A stretch of DNA of 32,000 nt from Candidatus Saccharimonadota bacterium (GTDB lineage Bacteria; Patescibacteriota; Saccharimonadia; Saccharimonadales; Saccharimonadaceae): assembly GCA_025349965.1 (NCBI GenBank), contig CP075337.1:660001-692000 (forward strand), read 5' to 3'. Below, one piece after another: positions 12,758 to 24,832 of this stretch (within the stretch, counting starts at the first letter, position 1; each line of letters begins with the position of its first letter). Below the pieces are notes generated by a model, which saw nothing but the letters and a program-made list of their open reading frames with translations, was not told where the DNA came from and searched no databases. Both the position numbers and the translations under genes were made by a program.

Positions 12758-15325
12758 CTACCCTTCTTTTTTAGTTTCTTTAGTGTCTTCGTTTTCGTCT
12801 TCTTCAGTTTTCTTTGGCACAAAGCCGAATGATGAAACGATATCGTCATCGCCGGTGCGCATGATGCGAACACCCTGTGTAGTGCGGCCAATTACCGGGA
12901 TATCCTTAAGGCCAACACGGATTGCCTGCCCCTTATTTGAGATGAGTAATACTTCTTCCGTATCTTCTTCAAGCGAACGCACCGCGACAATTGGACCGGT
13001 CTTTGCAGTCACTACTGCTGCCTTGATACCAACACCACCACGCTTATGCGCGGGGAATTGCGCCGACTTAGTAATCTTTCCGTATCCCTTTTGGCTAATC
13101 ACGAGAAGGTTCACCTTATCATTGGCAACAATATCCATACCAACAACGCTATCATTTGGACGGAGGCGAACTCCGCGAACACCACGAGCGTTCCGTCCCA
13201 TTGGGCGAGCGTCAGCTTCATTAAAGCGGATTGCCTGCCCGGCAGAGGTTGAGACGATAACATCATCTTGACCAGTCGTGCGCTTAATCCAGCGAAGTTC
13301 ATCACCATCATCAAGTTTGATCGTAATGAGACCGTTTGTACGGATGTTTGCATAGTCCTTGAGTGGTGTCTTCTTAATAGTCCCCTTTACGGTTGCCATA
13401 AAGAGGTAACCATCATCACCTGCATCTTTTTCATGCTTAATGATAGAAGTAATCTTTTCTTCCGGCTGAAGCGCAAGAAGGTTTACCGCTGCAACGCCCT
13501 TGGCTGCAAGACTTGCCTGTGGCACTTCGTAGGCCTTGAGGCGGAAGACGCGACCCTTATTTGTAAAGAAGAGGAGCCAATCATGTGAGTTCGCTGGAAT
13601 CAGCTGGTCAATGACGTCTTCTTCCTTAGTGGTCATACCACGCTTGCCCTTACCGCCACGATTCTGGCGGCGATATTCAGTCACAAGCGTACGCTTGATG
13701 TAATTCTCTGTTGTAAGTAGGACAACACTCTCTTCCTCTGGAATGAGCTCTTCATCACTGAACTTACCGAGTTCATGGTTAATCATCTGTGAACGACGCT
13801 CGTCACCATGTTTTTCTTTCATCTCAAGCAGTTCAGTCTTAATGATCTTAAGAATTTCCTGCTCATCGGCAAGAATTGCCTCAAAGCGAGCGATCATCTT
13901 AAGAAGTTCGTTCAGTTCGTTTTCAATTGCTTCACGCTCAAGTCCAGTAAGGCGGCGGAGCTGCATAGAAAGGATTGCCTTAGCCTGAATTTCACTCAAT
14001 TTAAACTTTGAGATCAAGGCTTTTTCGGCTTCGTCCTGTGTTTTACTAGCACGGATTGTCTTAATCACTTCGTCGATATGATCAAGTGCAATTTTGTACC
14101 CTTCAAGAATATGAGCACGCTCGCGAGCCTTGCGAAGCTCAAACTCGGTGCGACGACGCACAACTTGCTGACGGTGCTTCACGAATTCAGAAAGCATTTC
14201 CTTGAGTCCAAGAATGCGTGGCTGCACGCCATCAACAAGCGAGAGCATATTAAAGTTAAAGCTACTTTGCAGTGCGGTGAGCTTGTAAAGTTGGTTGAGC
14301 ACCTTCTTCGGGTAGCCGTCCTTCTTTACTTCTACTACAATACGCACCTTACCACGTGAAGACTCATCACGAAGACCACTAATGCTAATCTTTTTATCCT
14401 TGTAAAGTTCAGCGATTTTCTCAACAATACCTGCCTTATTCACACCGTAAGGAATCTCGGTGATGACGATTTGGTGGCGTCCACCCTTTGTTTCAACAAT
14501 CTCAGCAACCGCACGCATCGTTACACTTCCGCGGCCAGTCTGGTACGCTTGCTTCATTGGCGCACCACCGTACACCGTTGCACCTGTTGGGAAGTCTGGA
14601 CCCTTTACGTGCTGAAGGAGATCCTCAACTGTCGCCTCTTCATTGTCAATGAGTTCAATTGTCGCGTCGACAAGTTCACCAAGGTTATGCGGTGGAATGT
14701 TTGTCGCCATACCCACAGCAATACCGATCTGACCGTTCAAAAGAAGATTTGGAAGTTTCGCTGGAAGCACTACAGGCTCTTGCTCGGAACCATCGAAGTT
14801 ATCACGGAAATCAACTGTTTCCTTGTCGATGTCCATAAGAAGCTCTTCAGCAGGCTTTGCCATGCGAGCCTCGGTATAACGGTGTGCCGCTGGCTCATCG
14901 CCGTCCATCGAACCAAAGTTACCCTGACCCTGTACAAGTGGGTAGCGAAGCGCCCACGGCTGCGCCAAACGAACCATCGAGTTGTAGATTGCCGAGTCAC
15001 CGTGCGGATGATACTTACCCATTACGTCACCGATGATACGGGCGCTCTTTACGAACTTAGCCGTTGAACGGTTACCGTTTTGGTGCATCGAGTAAAGAAT
15101 ACGGCGGTGCACTGGCTTGAGACCGTCACGTACGTCTGGAAGTGCACGGTCAATAATCACGCTCATTGAATAGCGGAAGAAGCTTCGCTCCATCACCGAT
15201 TCAAGTGTGTCATTCTCTACGCCCGACACTTCAACCATTTCGTCTACAGGTGTGTATTCTGACGGATCAACGTTCTGTTGCGCGTCATCATTGATTGGTG
15301 TATTCATCTTATCTTCGTCCATCAT
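12758..15325 (-). CDS. gyrA: DNA gyrase subunit A
   Basis: 855-aa ORF with [23 protein letters not shown] and the active-site [10 protein letters not shown] region. The C-terminal beta-pinwheel repeats are present. Confidence 0.97.
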   Translation of the reverse strand: MMDEDKMNTPINDDAQQNVDPSEYTPVDEMVEVSGVENDTLESVMERSFFRYSMSVIIDRALPDVRDGLKPVHRRILYSMHQNGNRSTAKFVKSARIIGDVMGKYHPHGDSAIYNSMVRLAQPWALRYPLVQGQGNFGSMDGDEPAAHRYTEARMAKPAEELLMDIDKETVDFRDNFDGSEQEPVVLPAKLPNLLLNGQIGIAVGMATNIPPHNLGELVDATIELIDNEEATVEDLLQHVKGPDFPTGATVYGGAPMKQAYQTGRGSVTMRAVAEIVETKGGRHQIVITEIPYGVNKAGIVEKIAELYKDKKISISGLRDESSRGKVRIVVEVKKDGYPKKVLNQLYKLTALQSSFNFNMLSLVDGVQPRILGLKEMLSEFVKHRQQVVRRRTEFELRKARERAHILEGYKIALDHIDEVIKTIRASKTQDEAEKALISKFKLSEIQAKAILSMQLRRLTGLEREAIENELNELLKMIARFEAILADEQEILKIIKTELLEMKEKHGDERRSQMINHELGKFSDEELIPEEESVVLLTTENYIKRTLVTEYRRQNRGGKGKRGMTTKEEDVIDQLIPANSHDWLLFFTNKGRVFRLKAYEVPQASLAAKGVAAVNLLALQPEEKITSIIKHEKDAGDDGYLFMATVKGTIKKTPLKDYANIRTNGLITIKLDDGDELRWIKRTTGQDDVIVSTSAGQAIRFNEADARPMGRNARGVRGVRLRPNDSVVGMDIVANDKVNLLVISQKGYGKITKSAQFPAHKRGGVGIKAAVVTAKTGPIVAVRSLEEDTEEVLLISNKGQAIRVGLKDIPVIGRTTQGVRIMRTGDDDIVSSFGFVPKKTEEDENEDTKETKKEG

Positions 15326-15332
15326 CTAACCC

Positions 15333-17429
<2,097 letters not shown>

Positions 17430-17542
17430 TTAGTAATAAAAAATGTATTCAATTACAGTATAACTCTATTGCTTTGAGTATATTTATTATGCTAATCTTA
17501 ATTTTAAGAGGTAGAAACAAAAAATAAAAAGGTAGATACAGT

Positions 17543-19159
17543 ATGTTCAAGAAAATCGTGTCACGAATCTCGTTCAGCCCCGCTTTGGTGGCTCAGCTTG
17601 GCTTTTATGCGAAACGGCTTCGCAAGGAACAAGCAACACGACGGCTTGGTCTTATTTTCGTTGCGCTTGCGCTTGTTGTTCAGAGCTTTGTCGTCTTTCA
17701 GGCACCCGAACCAGCGAACGCCGCACACCCAAGCGATATGATTCCAGGGGGGCTCGGCTGGAGCAACCCAAGTCTTAAAAAATTCCTTGACGCGTACGAT
17801 ACAAACTGGGGGCACACCCAGCATGCCGCTCATCAGTTCGGCATTACACGTGCTGAAATTGCCGCTGCGAAGTACGGCACGTTCAAGGTGGGTACTGCTG
17901 TAGGTTGGGGTTGGGATACTCAAATGCCTAACTCACGCCTCATGAAGGTATATGACTACAATGGTAAGTACGTCCGCAATCTATACGGACGACAGATGAA
18001 CCAATACTACCCAATGAACAAAGATATTCCTGCATTTATTGGACATTCAAAAATACGCGGCTGGTTCGCGATTGCCGTAGAATGCGGAAATATCGTTACT
18101 AAAGATTTCGTAAGCTATCCCGAGCCGAAACCTGCAAAAATCGTTGCTTCAAAAAGCGCTGTTAACGTTACCCAAGGCAAGGTAAACGCTACTAAAGTTT
18201 CCGCCAAAGAAAAAGATACACTCACCTACACTGTTAGCCTCACGAACACGGGCGGAAAAACCACTTCCGTCACTCCGGTTGATAACATCAAGAGCGTGCT
18301 TCAGTACGCAACCATCACCGATGCTGGAGGTGGAACACTTAATAAGACAAAAGGCACCCTCACCTGGCCAGCAGTGACACTTACTCCGGGCAAGTCAGTA
18401 ACAAAAACCTACTCGGTCAAGATGATTAATAATCTCGGCAATAGCAAGACTAACTGTACGATGATTAATACCTTCTTCGACAAGAAGGTAACGACGCCAG
18501 TTGGGTGCTACACGCCAGAAACTCCGAAACCACCTGAGCCTGAACCAAAGCCAGAAACACCTGAAGTAAATGTTAGTGTTGCAAAAAATGCAACAAACAC
18601 TTCACAGGGCAATACTGATGCAACAAAAACAACAGCTCAAGCAAGTGACCGTATTACTTTCACGCTAACAGCAACAAACTCAGGCAACACGGCAACTGAT
18701 TTCACATTCAAGGATGATCTCACCGATACACTTGAATACTCAACGCTTATAGACAATGGTGGCGGCAGCTTTGACGCAACAAGCAAAACGCTCAGTTGGC
18801 CGACTATCAAGCTCGCAGCGGGTGCGAAAGAAGTGCGTAGTTTCACTATCCAGGTACTTTCATCAATACCGGCAACACCAGTAGGTGCAACCCAAGGTGC
18901 ATCCTATAACTGTAAGATGGAAAATAGCTTTAGTGCTGACGATGATACAGACGCTTCAACTATCATAAAAGTTAACTGCCCTACTCAAAAAGTAGTTGTA
19001 GAGCAAACAGTAAGCGAATTACCGAAGACCGGTGCTGGTACAAATATGATCTTTGCAGGAATTGTTCTTTCACTCGCCGCATTCTTCTACTTCCGCTCAC
19101 GACAACTCGGTAGCGAAGTGCGACTTGTCCGCCGAAATATCAACGAAGGAGTATTCTAA
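17543..19159 (+). CDS. Cell-surface protein, paralogue 1: extended signal peptide, unassigned N-domain, two DUF11-like repeats, LPKTG sorting signal
   Basis: 538-aa ORF. A 35-aa charged N-extension, a TM segment and an ANA/AH cleavage-like site come first. Two repeats follow of the type TxxxAKxxDxLTYTxxxTNxGG...GTLxWP. A PEPEPKPETPE linker is present. The C-terminus is LPKTGAG, a hydrophobic segment and a basic tail. Confidence 0.8.
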   Translation: MFKKIVSRISFSPALVAQLGFYAKRLRKEQATRRLGLIFVALALVVQSFVVFQAPEPANAAHPSDMIPGGLGWSNPSLKKFLDAYDTNWGHTQHAAHQFGITRAEIAAAKYGTFKVGTAVGWGWDTQMPNSRLMKVYDYNGKYVRNLYGRQMNQYYPMNKDIPAFIGHSKIRGWFAIAVECGNIVTKDFVSYPEPKPAKIVASKSAVNVTQGKVNATKVSAKEKDTLTYTVSLTNTGGKTTSVTPVDNIKSVLQYATITDAGGGTLNKTKGTLTWPAVTLTPGKSVTKTYSVKMINNLGNSKTNCTMINTFFDKKVTTPVGCYTPETPKPPEPEPKPETPEVNVSVAKNATNTSQGNTDATKTTAQASDRITFTLTATNSGNTATDFTFKDDLTDTLEYSTLIDNGGGSFDATSKTLSWPTIKLAAGAKEVRSFTIQVLSSIPATPVGATQGASYNCKMENSFSADDDTDASTIIKVNCPTQKVVVEQTVSELPKTGAGTNMIFAGIVLSLAAFFYFRSRQLGSEVRLVRRNINEGVF

Positions 19160-19752
19160 TGAATAGCGAACAATTTCACGCCAATAACCCTGAGGTAACC
19201 GCTAACAAGGAGCCTAACCTTGAAGCTGAAAAGCAATACGAAAAAGTCGGCGAAGCGTATGAGCAGGCTGCCGAGAAGGCAGGTATTGAAAATGGCGAAC
19301 AGGCTGCCGAGAAAGCAAAAGTAGAGGCTCTCGAGCAAGCTGTTAGTGTTGAGCGTGGTAGTGCCGAAAAGAAACGCAAAGAACCGAGCAGTAGCCCCGC
19401 ACAGCGCCGTCACGGAGTTGTAAGCAAGAAAGAGCGCGAAGCAAGCTACAAGCAGCACCTGAAGCAAATTCGAACCGAGATGCCCGCCTCACAGCGCGCC
19501 TTCAGCAAGTTCATCCACTCCCCTGCGGTAGAAAAAGTAAGCGAGGTAGCCGGAGCAACCATTGCACGGCCAAACTCTATTCTTGCAGGTGCAATCGTCG
19601 CCTTTTTTGCGGTACTTGCAGTGTACCTTATTGCAAAACACTACGGCTACCCACTCTCGGGCTTTGAAACTATCGGCGCGTTCATTGCGGGCTGGATAAT
19701 CGGAGCACTCTACGACTTCTTCCGCGTCATGATTACCGGTAAGCGTAGTTAA
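19159..19752 (+). CDS. Hypothetical membrane protein (K/E/A-rich N-terminal half, two C-terminal TM helices), translationally coupled to paralogue 1
   Basis: 197-aa ORF. Its ATG overlaps the upstream TAA (TAATG at 19157-19161). The C-terminal segments ILAGAIVAFFAVLAVYLIA and TIGAFIAGWIIGALYDFF are hydrophobic. Confidence 0.65.
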   Translation: MNSEQFHANNPEVTANKEPNLEAEKQYEKVGEAYEQAAEKAGIENGEQAAEKAKVEALEQAVSVERGSAEKKRKEPSSSPAQRRHGVVSKKEREASYKQHLKQIRTEMPASQRAFSKFIHSPAVEKVSEVAGATIARPNSILAGAIVAFFAVLAVYLIAKHYGYPLSGFETIGAFIAGWIIGALYDFFRVMITGKRS

Positions 19753-19777
19753 TTACCTATCAACAGGAGCCTCGGGC

Positions 19778-21334
19778 ATGTTTAAGAAAATTGTTTCAAG
19801 GATTTCATTTAGCCCCTCGTTAGTGGCTCAGTTAAGCTTCTATGCGAAACGCCTTCGTAAAGAACAGGCTACGCGCCGCTTAGGGCTTATTTTCGTTGCC
19901 CTCGCCCTTGTTGTGCAAAGTCTCGTAGTATTCCAGGCACCCGAGCCAGCAAATGCAGCCCACACCAGCAATATGATTGAGGGTGGCCTTGGCTGGAGCA
20001 GCCCCGATCTTGGAAGGTACCTCCGCGCATACGACTCCAACTCTGGATACACACGTAATGCTACGAGCTATTTTGGCATTACACGCGCCGAATTAGCGGC
20101 GGCAAAGTACGGAAGCTTCTCAATAGATTCAAAGGTAAGTTGGGGCTGGGACTATCCAATGCCAACCTCTAGAGCCGTTGCAATTACAAATGATCAAGGC
20201 CAAAAGGTACGTACGCTCTACGGAAGGTACATGAAGGATAATGCCTCAAACCCACCAACAGTAACTGGATTTATCGGACATTCAAGCCGTATCGGATGGT
20301 TTGCCATATCCACCGCCTGCGGAAATATCACTACCGTTAACTTCCCAGAGCCACCGCCACCGCCCCCTGCACCAGCAAAAATTGTCACGACAAAGACGGC
20401 AGTTAATACATCGCAATCAAATATTGACGCCACGAAAGCAACTGCGAAGGAAAATGACCTCCTCACCTACACTATCTCCGCGAAAAACGAAGGTGGTACA
20501 GCAAAGCAGGTCGAGCTTGTTGATAAGATTGGTGACGTACTTCGCTTCGCTACACTCACCGCAGCGAATGGTGGCACGCTTGACTCAAAAAAAGGTACGC
20601 TCAGCTGGCCAGATGTCACGATAGGTCCCGGACAAACAGTGAAGCGACAATACACCGTGAAAATGAATAGCTCTCTCATATCTCCTGATAGCTGCTCCAT
20701 GACAAATACCTTCACGGATAAAAAAGTGACGGTTGCTGTTGGCTGCTCTACCCCACCGGCGCAGATCGTCGCTAAAAAGGAAGCCCTTAATGTAAGTCAG
20801 GGCAACATAGATGCGACCACAACAGTTGCACGAGCAAAAGATACGATTAGCTTTAGTTTATCAGCCGTAAATAATGGCGGAACAGCAAAAGAAGTTGCTT
20901 TTGATGATTACATTGGCGACGTACTCGAATATTCCACCCTTGTTAATACTGGTGGTGGGCAGTATAACGAAAAAACTAAAATGCTCAGTTGGCCAAAAGT
21001 TCTCCTTAAGCCTGGAGCAAAGGAAGTGCGCACATTCACAATTGAAATGCTCGCAACCATACCTGCAAGCTCAAAGAATGTCAGTGAAACTTCATCATAT
21101 AACTGCAAGCTCGAGAATACCTTCCTTGGGTCAGATACTGTTATCGATGTAGATTGCCCTGCTCCAAAGGTTATCGTAGAAAGCACCGTGACAGAGCTCC
21201 CGAAGACAGGCGCAGGCGCTAATATGGCATTTGCCGCACTCGTATTCGCTACGGCAACGTTCTTCTACTTTAGGTCTCGACAGCTCTCAACAGAAGTCCG
21301 CCTCGTTCGCCGTAATCTTCACGGCAATATCTAG
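19778..21334 (+). CDS. Cell-surface protein, paralogue 2: same architecture as 17543..19159, LPKTG sorting signal
   Basis: 518-aa ORF. The first 62 aa are 59/62 identical to paralogue 1. It has a PPPPPP linker, two DUF11-like repeats, and LPKTGAG plus a TM segment plus the RSRQLSTEVRLVRRN tail. Confidence 0.8.
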   Translation: MFKKIVSRISFSPSLVAQLSFYAKRLRKEQATRRLGLIFVALALVVQSLVVFQAPEPANAAHTSNMIEGGLGWSSPDLGRYLRAYDSNSGYTRNATSYFGITRAELAAAKYGSFSIDSKVSWGWDYPMPTSRAVAITNDQGQKVRTLYGRYMKDNASNPPTVTGFIGHSSRIGWFAISTACGNITTVNFPEPPPPPPAPAKIVTTKTAVNTSQSNIDATKATAKENDLLTYTISAKNEGGTAKQVELVDKIGDVLRFATLTAANGGTLDSKKGTLSWPDVTIGPGQTVKRQYTVKMNSSLISPDSCSMTNTFTDKKVTVAVGCSTPPAQIVAKKEALNVSQGNIDATTTVARAKDTISFSLSAVNNGGTAKEVAFDDYIGDVLEYSTLVNTGGGQYNEKTKMLSWPKVLLKPGAKEVRTFTIEMLATIPASSKNVSETSSYNCKLENTFLGSDTVIDVDCPAPKVIVESTVTELPKTGAGANMAFAALVFATATFFYFRSRQLSTEVRLVRRNLHGNI

Positions 21335-21355
21335 AAACAACAAGTGTCAATTGGG

Positions 21356-24286
21356 CTAGCGAAGCTTAATTGATACCCCATCATCTTCACCCGCGCCACC
21401 ACGGATGCTTAATTCTTCTTTCTGAACCTTTACGGGGGCTACTGGTTGCACAGACTGCGGGTGTGGGTGTGGCTGTTGCTGTTGCTGTACAGGAACTCCG
21501 CCAAGCTGAGTAGTCGGACCAAACGCGGGGTTAGGCTCGGCGCTTGGCCGCGCCGGGACCGAAGATGCATTCTGTGGAGCAGTCATCTGCCCTGCACTTT
21601 GATTATTAGACGAAGGCTGAGGTGCTTGATTTATAATTTGCTGACGTTTTGCGAGCCACTCGTCAAGGAATGACGGTTTGGTAGACATCCCAGAGCCTGC
21701 CGGCATACGCCCAGACGCCGCAGGAGCACCTCCTGGAGCGTTTGCAACACCTGGACCACCTTGCAGTGCTCCGTTCGGACCACCCGCCTTAAACGCAGCC
21801 ATACGCTCATCCTGGGCCTTTTTAAGCGCCGCCATCTTCGCCTTCTTTGCTTCATCGCCAGCGCTCATACGCTTAAAGAACTCCTGCTCTACAACTGCGC
21901 GCTGTTTGCCGTATTTTGTTGCAGAAAGATTCTTGAGCGCATCACGCAATTGCGGGTTTGATTTTCCAAGTGGTGGAATAAGCGACATACTGAATGAGGC
22001 TGACGGCACATCCTGAATCATCACAGAGGCAATCGTTTGGTAGTTTGGAAGACGCGTTAAGTCTTCTGCGTCAAAGGTTGGCGCGAACTTTTTCACCAAA
22101 ATATCTGCATCAGTGATACCAATGCGACCGCTAATAATTGTGCCGATGTTACCAAGAATCGCTTCACGAATCTGATCAGTGAGCTGTGTCATGAACTGAT
22201 TGGCAAGAATAAGGCTAAGGCGATACTTACGAGCCTCAGAAAGAATCGTGGCAAATGAGTCGGTGGCAAAGTTCTGGAACTCATCCACGTAAAGGCTGAA
22301 GTCTTGACGCTGATCCTCTGGCATGTCGGCGCGACCCATCGCGGCAGCGTTAAACTTCATCACAAAGATCATACCGAGGAGCTGCGAGTTCAACTCACCT
22401 ACCCTACCCTTAGAAAGGTTAACGAGGAGAATCTTCTTGTTATCCATAATGTCGCGAAGATCAAAACCGCTCTTTGTCTGACCAATGATATTTCGCATCA
22501 TGTCATTTGCAAGGAACGCACCGAACTTGCTGGCAAACCACCCGAGCATCTCACCCTTGGCAGACTCGGTTGTTTGCGCCATCTCCTTGTGCCAAAAATC
22601 GAGCACCGTCTGAGTTCGAACATGCTTAATCTTTTCATCAGCGAAGGCCTGGTCGATAAATACTTGTTGAACGTCAAGGAATGATGAACCGTTAGGGTCC
22701 GACATGACTGTCAGCGCGGCGTTGCGGAACCATGACTCAAAGCGCGGACCAATAATACCCGTGTGGCCTGGGTCGTAGAGGCGGTACAGCATTGCAATTG
22801 TTTCTTGAATAATGAAATCTCGCTGGTCTTGGTTGTCAAACTCAAACAGGTTGAGACCAATTGGCATCTCCATGTCGCCAGGGCTGAAGTAAATAACATC
22901 CTCAACACGCTCTTTTGGCACCATACCAAGGAGCTCTTCAGCAGAGTCACCGTGCGGGTCAATGAAAGCAAAGCCACGGCCATCCATCATATCTTGGTAG
23001 GCGAGGTTTTCAAGAAGTTTTGACTTACCAGTACCAGTCTGTCCAATGATGTACGCGTGGCGACGACGGTCTTTTGCGCCGAGCCTAATTGGCTTCTTGG
23101 TGCCACGGAATTCGTTATAGCCCAAGAGGAAGCCGTCATCCATCACTTGCGTTGGACCATCAACCTGACGCGTTGCTTGGCGCTGCACCTGTGAAGTTGG
23201 AATAGAGTTCTGAGATGGGAGATGGAAAATCGTTGCAAGCTCAATAGTATTGAGAATGTTAGTCCGCACTTCCTGCGGGAAGAAGCGGAAGATATAGGCC
23301 GTGACAAACTCATTCATATCTTTTGCGACCGCAAACTTGAAGCCGTTATTCTGTGGAGAGTCAAACAGCGCAAAAGCAGATACGACATTACTCATCAAGG
23401 CTTGAGAACGTGCCGAAGTGTTGGAAGAAGCCACTACACGAATCAGCGTTTCATAGCCTGGGTAGCGCGTTTTGTCTTCAATTGCATCAACTACCGTCTG
23501 CTCAACTGAGCTAAGCTGCTTGTCTTCAGACTTAACCTCTTGAGACTCTGGCGGCTTCCAAAGTGCCTCCATAACACCCGTCATAATAGACTGGGGTCCA
23601 GATTTTTTACCCTTGTCCTTCTTCATGCCTGAAGCAATGTCGGCTGCCACCTTAGACCAACCTGAATCAGCCGGACGAAGCAGAATTTGAATCCCCACGC
23701 CATCTTCACGTGTTGCGCCAGAGAGCGCATTAAGAAGTGCGCGGCTTACATCACGCTTTGTCTCCTGGTAAGTTGCAATCGGATAGCCAAATTCTTTCTT
23801 AAGCGTAAACTCACCACCAATAGTGGCGCTCATTTTTCCGGCTGGATTAAAGATGTTGCGTTCGCTCACCTCTTCAAGACGGGCCGCTGGATATGCCGCC
23901 GCTACCGCCTGGCGAACAACATCAACCAATGAAACAGGTACCACGGCATAGTAGTGCACTAGCCCTTCATGCGCCACAATCTCAAATGACATATGTCGCT
24001 GGCCATACACCTTACTCTTAAAGCCTTTGGTGGCAGTGCTGGCAATGATGTTGTACATTACCTGCGCCTGACTGAGTACCTCTTCAGTGACGTCGCGCTC
24101 ATCACGGCCACCACCCTCAATATCAGAACTAATTGGCGGGATATGAATATAGAGTGGTACCATCTTGAGGCCACGTTCATAATTTTTTGCCTCGCGAATA
24201 ACACGACGATACTGGAACAAAGCAAACACTGCCACGCCAGCAACGACGAGCACAATGATTAGAACTGTCACAAGGAAGGCTACCAC
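21356..24286 (-). CDS. Type IV coupling protein-like P-loop ATPase (TrwB/TraD/VirD4 family) with an N-terminal TM anchor, an unassigned N-domain and a P/Q-rich tail
   Basis: 976-aa ORF with a GTG start. HAYIIGQTGTGKSKLLENLAYQDMMDGRGFAFIDPHGD aligns by eye with the remembered TrwB segment HLLVNGATGTGKSVLLRELAY...VIVDPNGD. It has a Walker B motif (FSLYVDEFQNF) and a RKYRLSLILANQ sensor-like motif. The first roughly 400 aa have no motif I recognise. The last roughly 150 aa are low complexity (QQQQQPHPHPQ). Confidence 0.8.
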   Translation of the reverse strand: MVAFLVTVLIIVLVVAGVAVFALFQYRRVIREAKNYERGLKMVPLYIHIPPISSDIEGGGRDERDVTEEVLSQAQVMYNIIASTATKGFKSKVYGQRHMSFEIVAHEGLVHYYAVVPVSLVDVVRQAVAAAYPAARLEEVSERNIFNPAGKMSATIGGEFTLKKEFGYPIATYQETKRDVSRALLNALSGATREDGVGIQILLRPADSGWSKVAADIASGMKKDKGKKSGPQSIMTGVMEALWKPPESQEVKSEDKQLSSVEQTVVDAIEDKTRYPGYETLIRVVASSNTSARSQALMSNVVSAFALFDSPQNNGFKFAVAKDMNEFVTAYIFRFFPQEVRTNILNTIELATIFHLPSQNSIPTSQVQRQATRQVDGPTQVMDDGFLLGYNEFRGTKKPIRLGAKDRRRHAYIIGQTGTGKSKLLENLAYQDMMDGRGFAFIDPHGDSAEELLGMVPKERVEDVIYFSPGDMEMPIGLNLFEFDNQDQRDFIIQETIAMLYRLYDPGHTGIIGPRFESWFRNAALTVMSDPNGSSFLDVQQVFIDQAFADEKIKHVRTQTVLDFWHKEMAQTTESAKGEMLGWFASKFGAFLANDMMRNIIGQTKSGFDLRDIMDNKKILLVNLSKGRVGELNSQLLGMIFVMKFNAAAMGRADMPEDQRQDFSLYVDEFQNFATDSFATILSEARKYRLSLILANQFMTQLTDQIREAILGNIGTIISGRIGITDADILVKKFAPTFDAEDLTRLPNYQTIASVMIQDVPSASFSMSLIPPLGKSNPQLRDALKNLSATKYGKQRAVVEQEFFKRMSAGDEAKKAKMAALKKAQDERMAAFKAGGPNGALQGGPGVANAPGGAPAASGRMPAGSGMSTKPSFLDEWLAKRQQIINQAPQPSSNNQSAGQMTAPQNASSVPARPSAEPNPAFGPTTQLGGVPVQQQQQPHPHPQSVQPVAPVKVQKEELSIRGGAGEDDGVSIKLR

Positions 24287-24374
24287 GCTCTTTGTTTTCC
24301 TATTCCCTTACACACCTTTTGTCTTATTATGCGCCTTTTGGCTACTTTTGGCGACCCCTTTTCACCTATCTTCG

Positions 24375-24803
24375 CTACTCTGTATCTACTCCGACGGTTT
24401 TCCCGTACCGCTTCTGGAGGTAACTCCGCTGTAATTCACTCACCTGAGCGCTACGAGCGTAGGGATCATCTCCGGTGCGCTGGATGATTTCTTTTGCCTT
24501 GTCCACCCACTCTTTCTCGATAAGATCCTCGTCAGCTGCCACCATTGGCGAGCCAACGGTTGGTTGTGTCACCGGGACAGCCTGCGGAACTTGAGGCGCT
24601 ACCGGCTGCTGTGTCTGATACTGTGGCGCCCCTGAGTTCTGTGCGCCGCCTGCCGTATCCGCTCGCTGTTCGTACGCCTCCTGTCCTCTGCCAACTTGCA
24701 CTTCAATTGGCGGGAGACTTGGGATATTTTCAGGTCCAATAGTTGGCTGCACCGGCAGTTGCTCGGCGCCCGTTGAAACAGATTGGTGGCTCTCAGGTTG
24801 CAT
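24375..24803 (-). CDS. Hypothetical protein, P/Q-rich N-terminal half and a conserved-looking C-terminal helix region
   Basis: 142-aa ORF on the same strand, immediately upstream of the ATPase. No recognisable motif; it is called only on ORF length, context and strand coherence. Confidence 0.5.
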   Translation of the reverse strand: MQPESHQSVSTGAEQLPVQPTIGPENIPSLPPIEVQVGRGQEAYEQRADTAGGAQNSGAPQYQTQQPVAPQVPQAVPVTQPTVGSPMVAADEDLIEKEWVDKAKEIIQRTGDDPYARSAQVSELQRSYLQKRYGKTVGVDTE

Positions 24804-24832
24804 AGCTTAAATTATAGCATATACCGCTTATG

